DNA of 61,943 bases, the filler included, from an uncultured bacterium (GTDB lineage Bacteria > Hinthialibacterota > Hinthialibacteria > Hinthialibacterales > Hinthialibacteraceae): the NCBI GenBank assembly GCA_964449065.1. It is 9 parts of 9 records of this genome, joined end to end, with 100 filler letters (N's around TTAATTAATTAA, not from the genome) between each part and the next. Parts side by side here need not be neighbours in the genome. Positions count along the whole stretch, not along the records: positions 41,609 to 48,341 come from CAYVAZ010000290.1; positions 48,442 to 55,146 come from CAYVAZ010000291.1; positions 55,247 to 61,943 come from CAYVAZ010000292.1; 6 more parts are not named here. One strand, 5' to 3'. How positions within the stretch are numbered: position 1 is the first letter of the stretch; every line of letters starts with the position of its first letter. Positions 46,946 to 58,536 of the stretch are shown here, piece after piece. The notes under the pieces are model-generated. The model ran no database searches and was not told where the DNA came from. It was given only the letters and a program-made list of their open reading frames with translations. Made by a program: the position numbers and the translations under genes.

Positions 46946-48341
46946 ATGCACGCGTCACTCAAAACCATTCCAATCACTTGGATTATCATCTGTTGGCTTT
47001 CACTATTGTCTATTCTTGGATCGCTCACCGCACCGAACGCCTCTTCTCAAGATGCAGAGGGCTTCCACAACCTCTTCAACGGCAAAGACCTCACCGGCTG
47101 GGATGGCAACACGGCATTCTGGTCATGGAAAGACGGGATGCTGGTCGGGCAAACCACCCCGGAAAACCCAACTCCCAGCAATACCTTCCTCATTTGGCGG
47201 CTCGGCAAAGTTGATGATTTCGAACTCAAGTTCCAATACCGCCTGGTCGGCGGCAATTCCGGCGTGCAATACCGCAGCCGCGAAGTCTCCGACTGGGTCA
47301 TCAGCGGCTACCAAGGCGATTTCGAAGCCGGAGACCGCTATTCCGGTATTTTGTATGAAGAAAAAGGCCGCGGCATCCTCGCCCTGCGCGGCGAACAAGC
47401 CGTCCGCACCGCCAGCGGCCACAAACGTGTCTACGATATGATCGGCGACCCGGCAGAACTGAATGAAGTCATCCAAAAAGAAGACTGGAACGAATACCGC
47501 GTTGTCGCCCGGGGCAGCCATATTCAACACTATATCAACGGCCGGTTGATGATGGACTTTATCGACCGCGAAGACGACAAAGCCGCCCGTTCCGGCCTGT
47601 TAGCCTTTCAGGTACACCAAGGCCCGCCCATGCTGCTGCAAGTGAAGGATGTGATGCTCAAACGCCTCCCGCTGGTGGATCAAACCAAAGTGGTTTTGGT
47701 TGCAGGTAAGCCCAGCCATGCCCCACTGCACCATGAATTCAACGCCGGCGTACAACTTCTCAAAAAAGCGCTGGATCAGCATCATTCCAAAGACATCTTG
47801 ACCGAAACCTACCTCAACGGCTGGCCGCTTGACCCTTCAGCGCTTGACAACGCCGATGCCATCGTCCTTTATATGGATGGCTTCGAAAGCCACCCGCTCA
47901 ACAACGAAAAGAATTTGGAATATCTGCAAAAGCAAATCGACCGCGGTGCGGGATTGGCCCTCTTACATTACGCCTGCGGAGCGCCAAAAGACGGAGCAGG
48001 CAAAAAATTCATCGAATGGATCGGCGGCAACTTTGAGCAAGGATTCTCCGACTACCCCCATTGGGAAGCCGACCTGAAATTCAACCACGATCACCCCACC
48101 GCCAACGGGGTGAAAGATGAAACCCTCTTGGATGAATGGTACTTCAACATCCGCTTCCGTCCCGATATGCAAGGCATTACCCCCATTCTCAAAGCCACTC
48201 CGCCCGACGACAAACGCAGCAGCGAAGCATCCAAAGAACACATGGGACGCGCGGAAGTGCTTGCTTGGGGAGTGGAACGCGAAGACGGCGGCCGGGGCTT
48301 CGGCTTCAGGTTGCTCTGCCTCGGCTTCGGCTTCCTCAGCT
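46946..48341 (+). CDS. DUF1080 (3-keto-disaccharide hydrolase-like) plus ThuA-domain protein, 3'-truncated
   Basis: LFNGKDLTGW, NSGVQYRS, WN.Y.V, QVH.GPPM; ThuA-like AG.PSH, LH.A, DEWY. Confidence 0.9.
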
Positions 48342-48441
48342 NNNNNNNNNNNNNNNNNNNNNNNNNNNNNNNNNNNNNNNNNNNNTTAATTAATTAANNN
48401 NNNNNNNNNNNNNNNNNNNNNNNNNNNNNNNNNNNNNNNNN

Positions 48442-51400
48442 AGTCGGTGGCGGTGACGATGGTCTCGCGTAGGAGGCGGTAGTTTTTATCGTAGAGGTTG
48501 GTGACGGTGCGCGAGAGGGAGGGCGCGATGTGGGTCTCGGTGATTTTGGTGAGGTTGCCGGCGAGATCGTATTGATGGTCGTAATGGTAGGTCAAGGGAA
48601 CGGAGATGGTGGAGTTGCGGTTGAGGGCATCGTAGGTCATGAGGACGGTTTGGGCGTTGGGGAGTGTCTTGGAGAGGATGTTGCCGTTGGGGTCGTAGGT
48701 GTAGGTGGTGGTCCTGGGTGCCGGGAGGGAAGGCGAAGACTCGGTCATGGTCTCGAGGCGGTTGAGCTGGTCGTAGGTGGAGATGAGGGTGCGCTGGACG
48801 GTGGCTGGGTTGGATGGGGTGCCGTAGTCGGTGCGGATGCGGTTGCCGGCAAGGTCGTATATATAGCGGTGGGTGATTTTATGGGATTTCTCGGAGGTGA
48901 CGCGGTTGAGGGAATCGTACTGGTAGTGGACATCGGCGGCGAGTTGTTTGGCTGGCTCGCGGACGGAGAGGAGGTTGCCTACTTTATCGTAACTGTAGGT
49001 GCGGTTGTCTTGGGTGCGGTGGGAGTAGGTGATGGCGGTGAGACGGTTACGGGAGTCGTAGGTGTAGGATTTGGTCTGGTTTTTCTCGTCGGTCTCGGAG
49101 ATTTTATTGAGGGCGTCGTAGGTGGTGGTTTTAAAGGTGTTGTCGGGGTGGGTGATGCGGGTGTTGCGGTTGAGCCCGTCGTACTCGAAGAGGGTGATTT
49201 GTTTTTTGCCGTCGGAGACTTCGGTGCGGTTGCCGGAGGGGTCGTATTTGTAGGAGACGAGGATGCCTTCGGGATCTTTGGTTTTGGTGAGGCGGTTGAG
49301 TTTGTCGTAGGTGTTTTCGATGGTGTTGTTGTTAGGGTCGGTGACGGTGAGGATGTTGCCGTTGGAGTCGTAGGTATTTCTGGTGACGGGGCGGGTGGGG
49401 ATACCGGCGAGGAGGACGGCTGGGGCTTTGACTTCGACGGGGCGGTTGGCGCGGTCGTAGAGGGTCTCGGTGGTGTTGCCGTTGGCATCGGTGATGGCGA
49501 TGACGTTGCCGGCGGGGTCGTAGGAGGTTTTGATGACGGGTCCGCCGACGGCTTGTCCGGTGGGGCCGGGCTGGCGGTCTTCGATCTTCCGGTTGCGGGC
49601 ATCGTAGATGAATTCGAATTCTCGCCCGAGGGGGTTGATTGTTTTAATGACGTTGCTGTTGGCATCATAGACGGTGGTGGTGATGGGGGAGGTTATGGTG
49701 CCGGAGCCGTCATCGACGGCGGGAGAGATGGTTTTGACGAGGCGCCCGGCGGCATCGTATTCTTTTTCGTGGATGCGGCCTTCTTCATCGATGGAGCGGA
49801 ATTCGAGCCCGGTGGAGGTGTAGGAGATGGTGCGGGACTCGTCTTCGTCGGCGGGGTCGGATTTGGGGAATAGGATGAGAGTGGGGCGGTTGAGGCCGTC
49901 GTAGGTGGTGGTGGTGGTCCTGCCCAAGGGGTCGGTCTCGGAGGTGACGTTGCCCGCGGAGTCGAAGGTTTTAGATGTGGTGGCGGTTTTACCTGGGGCG
50001 TAGGTGACGGTGGTGGTGATGGGGCGGGAGAGGTTGTCGTAGGTGACTACGGTGACGGTGCCTCTGGGATCGGTGGACCGGGTGGGCTTGAAGGAACTGG
50101 AGTCGAACGCGGAGCTGCCGGAGTTATCGCCGTATTCAAAGGTGGTGGACTGGTTGAGGGCATCGGTGGTTTTGACGAGGCGCTGGATGGCATCGTATTC
50201 GAGGAGGGTCCGGTTGCCGTTGGGGTCGATCTGGCGGGTGACGGAGTTGACGCGGTTGTAGGCGGTCTGGGTGACGAGGTCTTGTTGGGGGTCGATGGTG
50301 CCGTTGAGGTTCATGTCTCTGGCGGATTTGACGACGCGGTTAAGGGGATCATACTCCATGAGGGTGACGTTGCCGTTCTCGTCGATTTCTTTGATTTTAT
50401 TGCTGCGGAGGTCGTAGAAGAATTCTTTGGAGGGGGAGGAGGTCTCGCCGGTGCTCTGGGGATAAAGGACTTTACGGAGGCGGTTGCGGGGGTCGTAGGT
50501 GAAGGTGGTGGTGAGGCCGCGGGGGTCTCTGGTGGTGAGTTTATTGTTGTTGTTGTCGTAGGTGTGCTCGGTGACGAGGGTGGGGCCGCCGGGGTGGATT
50601 TCCTCGCGGATGACGCGCCCGAGGGTATCTGGGGTGTAGGTGGTGGTCAGCGGCACCACCCAAGACGGGTCGCCTTGATTATTGGATGTCTGGACAGTTT
50701 GCGAAGTCATGAAGCCTTTGAGGGTGGGGTGATAGGTGAAGGTGGTGCGCTGGAGGAGGGAGCCGTCGGGGTTGTAAATGCGCTCCTCGGTGCGGTTGCC
50801 GGTGTCGGGGTCGATGGTGTACTCGGTCTTGCGGTGGAGGGCGCCGTTCTCGTAGGTCTCGGACTTGCACATGATGCGGTAGGCGCAGCCGTACTCGAAG
50901 CGTTTCTCGATGGTGGTGGTGCCGGTCTGGCGGATTTCTTTGGTGGGATCGCCGTAAAATTGAATGCCGGTGATGCTGTTGAAGAAGGGGAGCTTCGAGG
51001 ACACATCCCACGGGTCTTCATAGGAAAACTCGGTGACGTTGCCGTAAAAATCGGTGGTTTTTTTGATGGCCATACCGGCGGCGAGATCGTACTCGAAGGT
51101 CTCGACGCCGAGTCCGGCGTGGTCGATGGAGGTGGAGAGAAAAACGACGACGACGGGGGGGACGGAATTGGGGGGGGTGAACTCGTTGGTGGCGATAACC
51201 TGATGGTTGTCGAAGGAGTAGCTGGTGACATTTCCCATGGTGTCGGTGATGGAGGTGCCGCGGGTGCCTTCGATCTTGGCCTCGTAGGGGGAGGAGGAGG
51301 AGAGATCGGTCTCGTTGATGAATCTGGAGGTGCTGCCATCGGGGAGCCTGATGGAGGAGACGATCCTGGGAATACCTTGCTCTTGGACGAGGATGGGCTT

Positions 51401-53014
51401 TTGCTCGGTGTTGAGTGTCCACTGGCGGGTGCTTTTGTCCTGGGTGTAGGTGATGGTGTAGGAGTTCTGGTTGGCATCGGTGATGCGGTCGATATCGCAG
51501 TGGAAGGAGAAGGTGTCGTCGTTTCTTCTTTTGGAACCATGGTTGACGATGCGCTCTTTTTTGACGGAGTAGCGGTAGGTTACTTCTGCCGCCGGGGATT
51601 GATTTTCTGCGGGATAAGTGACTTTACTGAGGACGTGGCCGCCGCCTAAGGGATCGGGCTGATAGCTGTAGTTGATGGAATATCCGCGGGGATCGGTGAT
51701 GCGGGTGATGCGGTGGCCATCGCGCTGGATGGTGATGGTCCGGTTGCCGTGGGAGATGGTGTCGGGGACGAGGGTCGTGTTGGAGGCCTGGAAGGAATAG
51801 AGGAGGGAGTTGCCGAGGCGGTCTTGTACTTGCTGGCAGCGGTGGTAGCTGTACAAGGTGTTATTGCCCGTCATTTTTTTCCTGTCCGAGGGTAGGATGT
51901 ATTGGGCGAGGGATGCTTTATTGAAGATGAGGGTGTTGCCGTATTTTTTCTTGAATACAAGGGTGTTGCCCACGTATTCGAGCGAGGCTTGCAATCCGTC
52001 CGCCTCGTATTTACCGCTGGGTAAAGGATAAAAGACGACAGGGAAATCCTTGTCGGGGTCGTAGGACTCGTAGCGGATGAGAAAACGGAATACGGAGCCG
52101 TTCTCGTCGGTAACATAAGCGAAGGGTGGTTGACGGAAAGTGGGTTTAACGCCCGTGCAATCGCCTTGGCTTGCCGTTAATGCCGTTAATTTAAACTCGA
52201 GCCGTATGTTCGGGGTGAGGTTGGATGACCATCCCTTGCCGAAGGGCCGGTCTAGCTTCTCCTCGGGGCGTAGGCCGGAGCCGTCGTTCCAGATATCGCT
52301 GAGGGTGTTGCGCCTGGCGCTGAGGGCGAGCTGCCCGCCTACGACTGGGACGTAGATGTCGGTGGTGCTATGGTTGAAGTTCAGGTTCATGGCATCGACG
52401 TGGCTTTCTTCCTTCTGCTCGTCGGTTTCTTCGGCGGCTTGGGGTTTCTCGTCGGAGAGGGGCCTGCCGTTGAGGGCGACTTTGCGGTATTTCGGCCCTG
52501 ATATGGAATTGAAGGACATAGGGCTGATGGGGGTCCCTGATCGCGTGATTTCCAAAGTGCCGTTGGCCGAAACCGAGTAAGAGTTTTTCCCGTCCCGGCC
52601 ATTGGAACCGACGGTTGTTTCCTCTATTTCCGCGGTCGCCTCAAAATCGTGGCTCCCTTTTCTGGATGTATTGACCGTCCCCAATACCACAAAACTTGTT
52701 AGATCGTTGATTGTTACCTCTTCGCCGTTTAAAGTGGCCTTGGAACTAACATGATTCGTCCGTGTATCATCGCCGGAAGCGATCACGCGAGCTCTGATCT
52801 CCATTTTACAAGTTGGAAATGGTTCCCCGTCATCGTCCTTGTCATAATGCGTCCCGACGGGGGCGCTGTATTCAGTGGGACCTCCGGTTTCAAAAAGAAC
52901 GAGTTCTTGGTCGTCGGGGTTGATTGTGTAAATCCGAACTACTTCATTAGCTTGCGAGTCTCCAAAAAGCAAAACTCCCGCAACGAGTAGATAACCGTAT
53001 AAATTTATTCTCAT
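48442..53014 (-). CDS. RHS/YD-repeat protein with Sec-type signal peptide, 3'-truncated
   Basis: Many YD..N/G units; PFG.GWSS; ORF runs into the contig end. Confidence 0.93.
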
Positions 53015-53015
53015 A

Positions 53016-55064
53016 TTATGAGAATTCGTGTTTGTTTTGAATGAGCACCTTAAGGGTTTCTACGGTCTCGGGGTCGTCTTTGAAATGCGCTAAAGCTTTC
53101 TGAGCATATTCCTTGGATTTATTCCAAGTCTTCACGTCGTTTGTTTTTTTTGCAATATGTTGGATCAGTTTGATAGAAGAACTCACGGCTCTCCACTGCG
53201 TTTGACCGGAAGCGACTTTCTCGGCCTCTTTGAGTGCGGATGCGTAATCCTTTTCTCGGACCAGTATTCTGGAAAGATCGAGGGTCGCCTCTGCTTGCAC
53301 CTGCAAAGACAACGAATTTTCAGCCAGATAAATGTATGCCGCCCTCAGTTTTGCCGAATCGTGAATGTTATTATAAAAGTTTGTGAGATACGCCGTTGCC
53401 ATATAATTATAAGCCTTGGCTCTCCCATGTGTTTCTTTTTTGTTGGCCAGTTCGACAGAATTCCAGATCGCCCGCTCCCAAACAGGAGCCATCTCAACGA
53501 CCAAACTTTCTTTCAAGTCCATTGACTGTATGATATATATTCCGGCTTCAACCGCGAATTGGTCGCTCAAAGCGTGCTGGGAAGGACTAGTCCCCCGCTT
53601 TCCCATACCGACTTTTTGCGCGAGCATGAACATGGGAATGGCCCTGATTTTGTTATAGCGGCTCTTGGCGTGGATCGCTCCCCATAGCATTTTATCCACC
53701 GAAATATCTGTCCCGCTGTAGCCGCGTTCCTCTATGAGATATAATATCAGATCCACCATCTGGTCGGATTGGCGACCGTAGATGTCGCATAGTTGATCCA
53801 CCATGGCCAACAATTTTTCCGCACTCAAATTCCTTAATCGGTCGGAATAGCCCAATTCCGAATTTCCGGCGATGATCGCGGCACTCATGGCGACCTTCAT
53901 GTTTTCCATGTCAGCCTCACTCAAGCCAGATACTATCTCGCCCTTGACTCTCGCCAGCTTACCCGCAAAGGCGCCAAGAGTTTTTTTATCGAAAGTAGCT
54001 TTGGTCTTCTGCTTCTTATCTTCGGGAATTGTAATCAACTCCCGCATTTTATTTAAAATCGATTCTGCTTTTTTCGTGCTCCCTGTGAGCACCGATTGGT
54101 GAAACTGCGCAATCATATCCGTCGGGCCATCCCCTTGTGAAACCTCGTATCTGATGCCAGACAACCAATTCTCGCCAACTAGCATTTTGTGTTTATCGGG
54201 CTGGTTGAGTATGGTTTCAGCTTTATTCCGATCTCCGATCATCCCGTGCGCATCAGCTAATTGAGCCAGAGACGCTGCCAACTGCTTGGGGTCGCATGTC
54301 AGCACCGCCGCCCCAGCAAGCTCCACGCACATCTCCGGCGCTACCGATCGCGCAATCTCAAAAGCTCTCCTGAACGTCTCCGAAGGGTTTTTATTCGCGA
54401 GTATCGCGGGCATCTCTTTCGCGAGGGCTTCCAAGAATGCCATTCTCTCACGCTTGTCAGCAAAATAATACATTTGCTGGATGGTCAATTCTTCGCTTTT
54501 CAATTCGGCCTTGTTTTTCGAGGCAAGTGCGCTCTCCGCCTTGTCGGGACTTTTCCATGTCCCGTCAGTCCGATATGTTTTTGCGCCGGAAATCGTCGCA
54601 AGCATTTCCGCGCATTTCGATGCTTCCATCGGTACGCCCCTACTGTAGGCATCCGATTCCACCAAAATCCCTTCTTTCAGAAAAAGGTCGTCAGACTCTT
54701 CGGATAAGGTGAATACGTTTGTGTCATACGCGGGGATTGGTTTGTTTTCAGGGGGAGTTTTTTCTTCCTCTGGCGATTTGTCGTCTTTTATCTTCTGAAT
54801 CTCTTTGGGGGTCTTTTTTGTTGGTTCTTGAGGCGTCAAGGGCTTTTTATTTGCGGCAGGGAAAAATTTCTCCTTCTCAGAATCCTTGAGCCGTGACTGA
54901 TAAATCCTCACGGTTTTTCCTTTTTGTTTGAGAACCAAATAATTGCCTTCAACTTCGACCGATTCGGCTTCCTCGACTTTTCCATTACGCAATTCGACAA
55001 TCACCCCTGCTTGTAACAAGGCAGTGGCATGCAACATCGCTAAAATTAGCGCTAAGAATTTCAT
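53016..55064 (-). CDS. Hypothetical secreted helical-repeat protein, co-oriented 1 nt upstream of the RHS gene
   Basis: Signal peptide MKFLALILAMLHATALLQA; Pro/Lys linker; TPR-like helices. Confidence 0.8.
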   Translation of the reverse strand: MKFLALILAMLHATALLQAGVIVELRNGKVEEAESVEVEGNYLVLKQKGKTVRIYQSRLKDSEKEKFFPAANKKPLTPQEPTKKTPKEIQKIKDDKSPEEEKTPPENKPIPAYDTNVFTLSEESDDLFLKEGILVESDAYSRGVPMEASKCAEMLATISGAKTYRTDGTWKSPDKAESALASKNKAELKSEELTIQQMYYFADKRERMAFLEALAKEMPAILANKNPSETFRRAFEIARSVAPEMCVELAGAAVLTCDPKQLAASLAQLADAHGMIGDRNKAETILNQPDKHKMLVGENWLSGIRYEVSQGDGPTDMIAQFHQSVLTGSTKKAESILNKMRELITIPEDKKQKTKATFDKKTLGAFAGKLARVKGEIVSGLSEADMENMKVAMSAAIIAGNSELGYSDRLRNLSAEKLLAMVDQLCDIYGRQSDQMVDLILYLIEERGYSGTDISVDKMLWGAIHAKSRYNKIRAIPMFMLAQKVGMGKRGTSPSQHALSDQFAVEAGIYIIQSMDLKESLVVEMAPVWERAIWNSVELANKKETHGRAKAYNYMATAYLTNFYNNIHDSAKLRAAYIYLAENSLSLQVQAEATLDLSRILVREKDYASALKEAEKVASGQTQWRAVSSSIKLIQHIAKKTNDVKTWNKSKEYAQKALAHFKDDPETVETLKVLIQNKHEFS

Positions 55065-55393
55065 ATCAATCAGCGCCTTATTCATGGATTTGCTGAGGTG
55101 GCGCAGTAAGCGGAGCCAGTCTTTGGGGAAAATAAGTTAGGCTGGGNNNNNNNNNNNNNNNNNNNNNNNNNNNNNNNNNNNNNNNNNNNNTTAATTAATT
55201 AANNNNNNNNNNNNNNNNNNNNNNNNNNNNNNNNNNNNNNNNNNNNTGTGTCTCCCTTTAAGGAACAAGGGTCATTCAAGTTGAAAACTCCAACCATTTA
55301 ACCCCCACCCAGCCTCCCCCCATTACATTGGGGAAGGAGTATGTGACTCATCATTATTTATTTGAATCCGTTAATTTAGGCAGATGGATTGAC

Positions 55394-55414
55394 GCACCGG
55401 CTTTCAGCCGGTGC
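55394..55414. repeat. REP-like hairpin / possible terminator
   Basis: GCACCGGCT-TTC-AGCCGGTGC, preceded by GGAG on the minus strand; related to the MITE-B cargo hairpin. Confidence 0.65.
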
Positions 55415-55440
55415 TCCCCAAATCGAGGACGTAAAAAACT

Positions 55441-56709
55441 CTAAAGCAAATCCGGCTTGTAGCGCACGACTTCTTCCTTGTCCCGGTCGAAAAATAGCGT
55501 CTTGCCCGTGCGGAATGAATCCACGCTCATGCTGATGGCCGCCTGGGTTTTGTATCCCAACTCCGAATCCAGCGTGGGCTTTTGCCGGCTTTTAACGCAT
55601 TCAATAAAGTTCGCCATGTGGTCATCGCGGCCGCGCGATTGCAATACCACTTCATCCCGCCCATAGCGGTCTTTGAACATTTGCACGAAGGGTTCATCAG
55701 GCACGATGCGGATATGGTCCACATTCAGGTAGATGCATCCGTAATGCCCGCGGATGATATCCGGCACGCCCACCGAGTTCGCCATCGATGACGGCATGTT
55801 GACTGAATATTGTCCGTAGAAATCAGCGTTGAACATAAAGGTATCCGGCACATCGCGGCCGTCTTTCTGCACCCAAATCCCCCCGCCGCCATACACCCGG
55901 TACGGAAAATGGTTGCCCAGCGGAATCAGCATGGGAGCGAGTTTGTGGTATAACAGGTCAGTGGCAATTCCGCCGGAATAGTCCCAATATTTGCGAAAGC
56001 GAAAGAAGCGGTCCGGGTCCCAATCGGTATCACGGGCGGGGCCTTGCCACAGGTCCCAATCCACATTCTGCGGGCCGGCGATTTCTTCAATCTCGTAATA
56101 GTTCCATTCGCCTTCTTTTGAGTTACGGCAATAGGTTCCCTGCGCCCATACCACATGACCGATCATGCCTTCTTCAATCACATCCCGCGCGCGCCACCAT
56201 TGATCCTGCGAGCAGTATTGGCTGCCCACTTGCAGTACCCGTCCGGTCTCGAGCACTTTTTGGTGAACCGCTTTGGCTTCTGCAACGGTGTGGGTCATCG
56301 GTTTTTCGAGATACACATCTTTTCCGGCATTGAGGGCATCCAGCGCCATGCGCGCGTGCCAATGATCGGGCGTGGCGATGACCACCGCATCCAAGTTACC
56401 GAGTTCCAGCATCTCGCGGTAATCGTGATAGACTTCCGCATCAGAGAGATCCCGCGCGCGCTGTTTGCGGAGTTCATACACATCGCTGACCGCAATGACC
56501 CGCACATCGCCGCGGCCGCGCTGGCGTTCCATCAACGTCCGCAGGTGACTGGTACCGCGCCCCCCGCAGCCGATGACCCCGAAGTTGATGCGGCTGTTGG
56601 CGCCGGATGGTTGATTCTGCGCTTGAGATAAGGCTGGTTTCAAACCTATCCCAGCCATGCTAGCAGTTGACGCAGAGAGAAAATGCCTTCTAGTTACGTT
56701 TTTGTTCAT
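55441..56709 (-). CDS. Gfo/Idh/MocA-family oxidoreductase with Tat signal
   Basis: TRRHFL; IGCGGRG; ATPDHWH; YLEKP. Confidence 0.94.
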   Translation of the reverse strand: MNKNVTRRHFLSASTASMAGIGLKPALSQAQNQPSGANSRINFGVIGCGGRGTSHLRTLMERQRGRGDVRVIAVSDVYELRKQRARDLSDAEVYHDYREMLELGNLDAVVIATPDHWHARMALDALNAGKDVYLEKPMTHTVAEAKAVHQKVLETGRVLQVGSQYCSQDQWWRARDVIEEGMIGHVVWAQGTYCRNSKEGEWNYYEIEEIAGPQNVDWDLWQGPARDTDWDPDRFFRFRKYWDYSGGIATDLLYHKLAPMLIPLGNHFPYRVYGGGGIWVQKDGRDVPDTFMFNADFYGQYSVNMPSSMANSVGVPDIIRGHYGCIYLNVDHIRIVPDEPFVQMFKDRYGRDEVVLQSRGRDDHMANFIECVKSRQKPTLDSELGYKTQAAISMSVDSFRTGKTLFFDRDKEEVVRYKPDLL

Positions 56710-56776
56710 GGTATTCTTCTATTATTGATTGTTAGTGACATTGAGTCTTTGTTTTGATAGATGCTATATACTCCAA

Positions 56777-57313
56777 TTAAATTCGAGACGAAGTGCCTTT
56801 AATTATGAAACGCGCAAGTTCTTGATAATCATCGTCGTGATTTTCAGTAACTGAAGATGGCGGAATATTACTCATCAATTCTTTTATTTCGTCAGTGGAA
56901 AGGTTAGCAATTAAAGTCATTAACTTACTAATTGCATCTCTCCGTGAGCTCTTTGGAGCAAAGTCTTTACTGATTTGTTCACCAAAATCCTTTATATCAT
57001 CTAATTTAGGTAGAATTCTTCTTTCCCGAATAAGAGAGTCTAATCTTGATAACAATTGATATTTTTCAGGTTCTTTATTTTCTAGTTCAATAACCGCCTT
57101 TGACCTTTGTTTATTGATGGATTTGCTTTTTTTGCCTGGTTTATTCGCCTTTGATATAGAATCAGATGTTTTACTGACATCTAAAAGGTTAAGAATTTCA
57201 AAATTTATCCCTTCTTTTTGAAGCAGTTTCATTGCTTCAAAAATATCTTTTTCCGGATATTCTTCTTTAATGAGACAAATTTTTAACGCAATTTGTTTAA
57301 CATTGCTATTCAT
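56777..57313 (-). CDS. Hypothetical protein translationally coupled to ParA-like ATPase
   Basis: ATGA overlap at 57310-57313; AT-rich; helical and basic. Confidence 0.8.
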   Translation of the reverse strand: MNSNVKQIALKICLIKEEYPEKDIFEAMKLLQKEGINFEILNLLDVSKTSDSISKANKPGKKSKSINKQRSKAVIELENKEPEKYQLLSRLDSLIRERRILPKLDDIKDFGEQISKDFAPKSSRRDAISKLMTLIANLSTDEIKELMSNIPPSSVTENHDDDYQELARFIIKGTSSRI

Positions 57314-58155
57314 TTCAATCCTACCGCCTTTAAAAATTCCTCAGCAACACCGCTAAACTCATTCTTCACGTTCCATCTTGCATAATTAGTGCGAAAAATT
57401 GGTTCGCTTTTTCTGGAACCCGTTGGGTATGAATCAGAATGATTGGCTATATTTTGGAATATTGGCCAGTTGAACTCATCGGCTAATTTTTTGACATCCT
57501 TCATAGATGTTGATTGCTCCCGTGAAGGATGGCGTTTCATATCATTAAATACAATACCTGCCATGTCGATTGTTTGATCTTGATATTTAAGACGAAACTC
57601 TTCAAGTGAACGTACAAGAAGAGGAAATCCGATTGTGGCAAGAAATTCAGGTTTCACAGGAACGATAATGTACCTGCTCGCTCTATAAGCTGCCGTCGTT
57701 AATATTGATTCAGTAGGTGCACAGTCTATCACTATCAAATCATACCTATCACTGACTTCCGCAAGAAACTGTGGTAATAGTTGTGCCTTCTCTGTTGGAT
57801 TCTTCAATGTCCATGACAACTCAAGTCTCGATGGAATAAGGTGAAGCAAACTTCCATCTTTCCATTCACGTAATGAGTGGATCACATTATCGGAAGATAC
57901 TGGTTTGGGAGAACTTCTCTTTTGCCTTGGAGCAGAAAACCGCTCAAATATTTCTACAATTGTACCATTTTCTTCATTGAGATAAGTAAGATACTTTTTT
58001 GCCCCCATACAATATTGACTTAAATTAGCTTGGGGATCTAAATCAATAGCAAGAACTTTCAGTTTGGCACACCAAGCACTGTACCAAGAAAGATTAAAGG
58101 CAAGCGTTGTCTTACCTACACCACCTTTCATGTTTATCAGAGAAACAGATGTCAT
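57310..58155 (-). CDS. ParA/Soj-family ATPase
   Basis: Deviant Walker A NMKGGVGKTT, IDLDPQAN, IDCAP. Confidence 0.93.
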   Translation of the reverse strand: MTSVSLINMKGGVGKTTLAFNLSWYSAWCAKLKVLAIDLDPQANLSQYCMGAKKYLTYLNEENGTIVEIFERFSAPRQKRSSPKPVSSDNVIHSLREWKDGSLLHLIPSRLELSWTLKNPTEKAQLLPQFLAEVSDRYDLIVIDCAPTESILTTAAYRASRYIIVPVKPEFLATIGFPLLVRSLEEFRLKYQDQTIDMAGIVFNDMKRHPSREQSTSMKDVKKLADEFNWPIFQNIANHSDSYPTGSRKSEPIFRTNYARWNVKNEFSGVAEEFLKAVGLK

Positions 58156-58536
58156 GTTGTGATCCCAAAATAAAGTGTTTAAGCATATTATATAGGGAGT
58201 GAATTCAATGCAAGCATACAAAATTGAAAAAGTAGAGGTGACCATGAAGCCAGCGCTGCCGTTGTGAGAGTGTTAACATTGCTCCATGAAGGTCGCATTG
58301 GAAGTTCAACTCCGAATCCAAAATCTGAAACAAAGTCTACGTCTATAATTATAACATGACTTCGGTTGTTTATGGAAGCGGATTCCATCCTCAGTCAGTA
58401 AAAAAAGAATGAATCTGACTGCCATTATTGAGTTATTATCTTTCTTCCAGCAGTCCCTTTTGAATTTTACACGATTCAATACAATTTACTATTTTGACGT
58501 ACACAACCCGAATCATCAGTGAATACGAGGAACAAC

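Noticed and set aside
48530..51649. Long + strand ORFs (447 and 455 aa) and Pro/Thr/Ser-rich alternate-frame ORFs
   Set aside because: Shadows of the RHS gene caused by its strong codon bias; low-complexity translations.
57310..58155. ParA as evidence of a plasmid, prophage or chromosomal parAB locus
   Set aside because: No parB, rep, integrase or phage genes; flanked by chromosomal genes.
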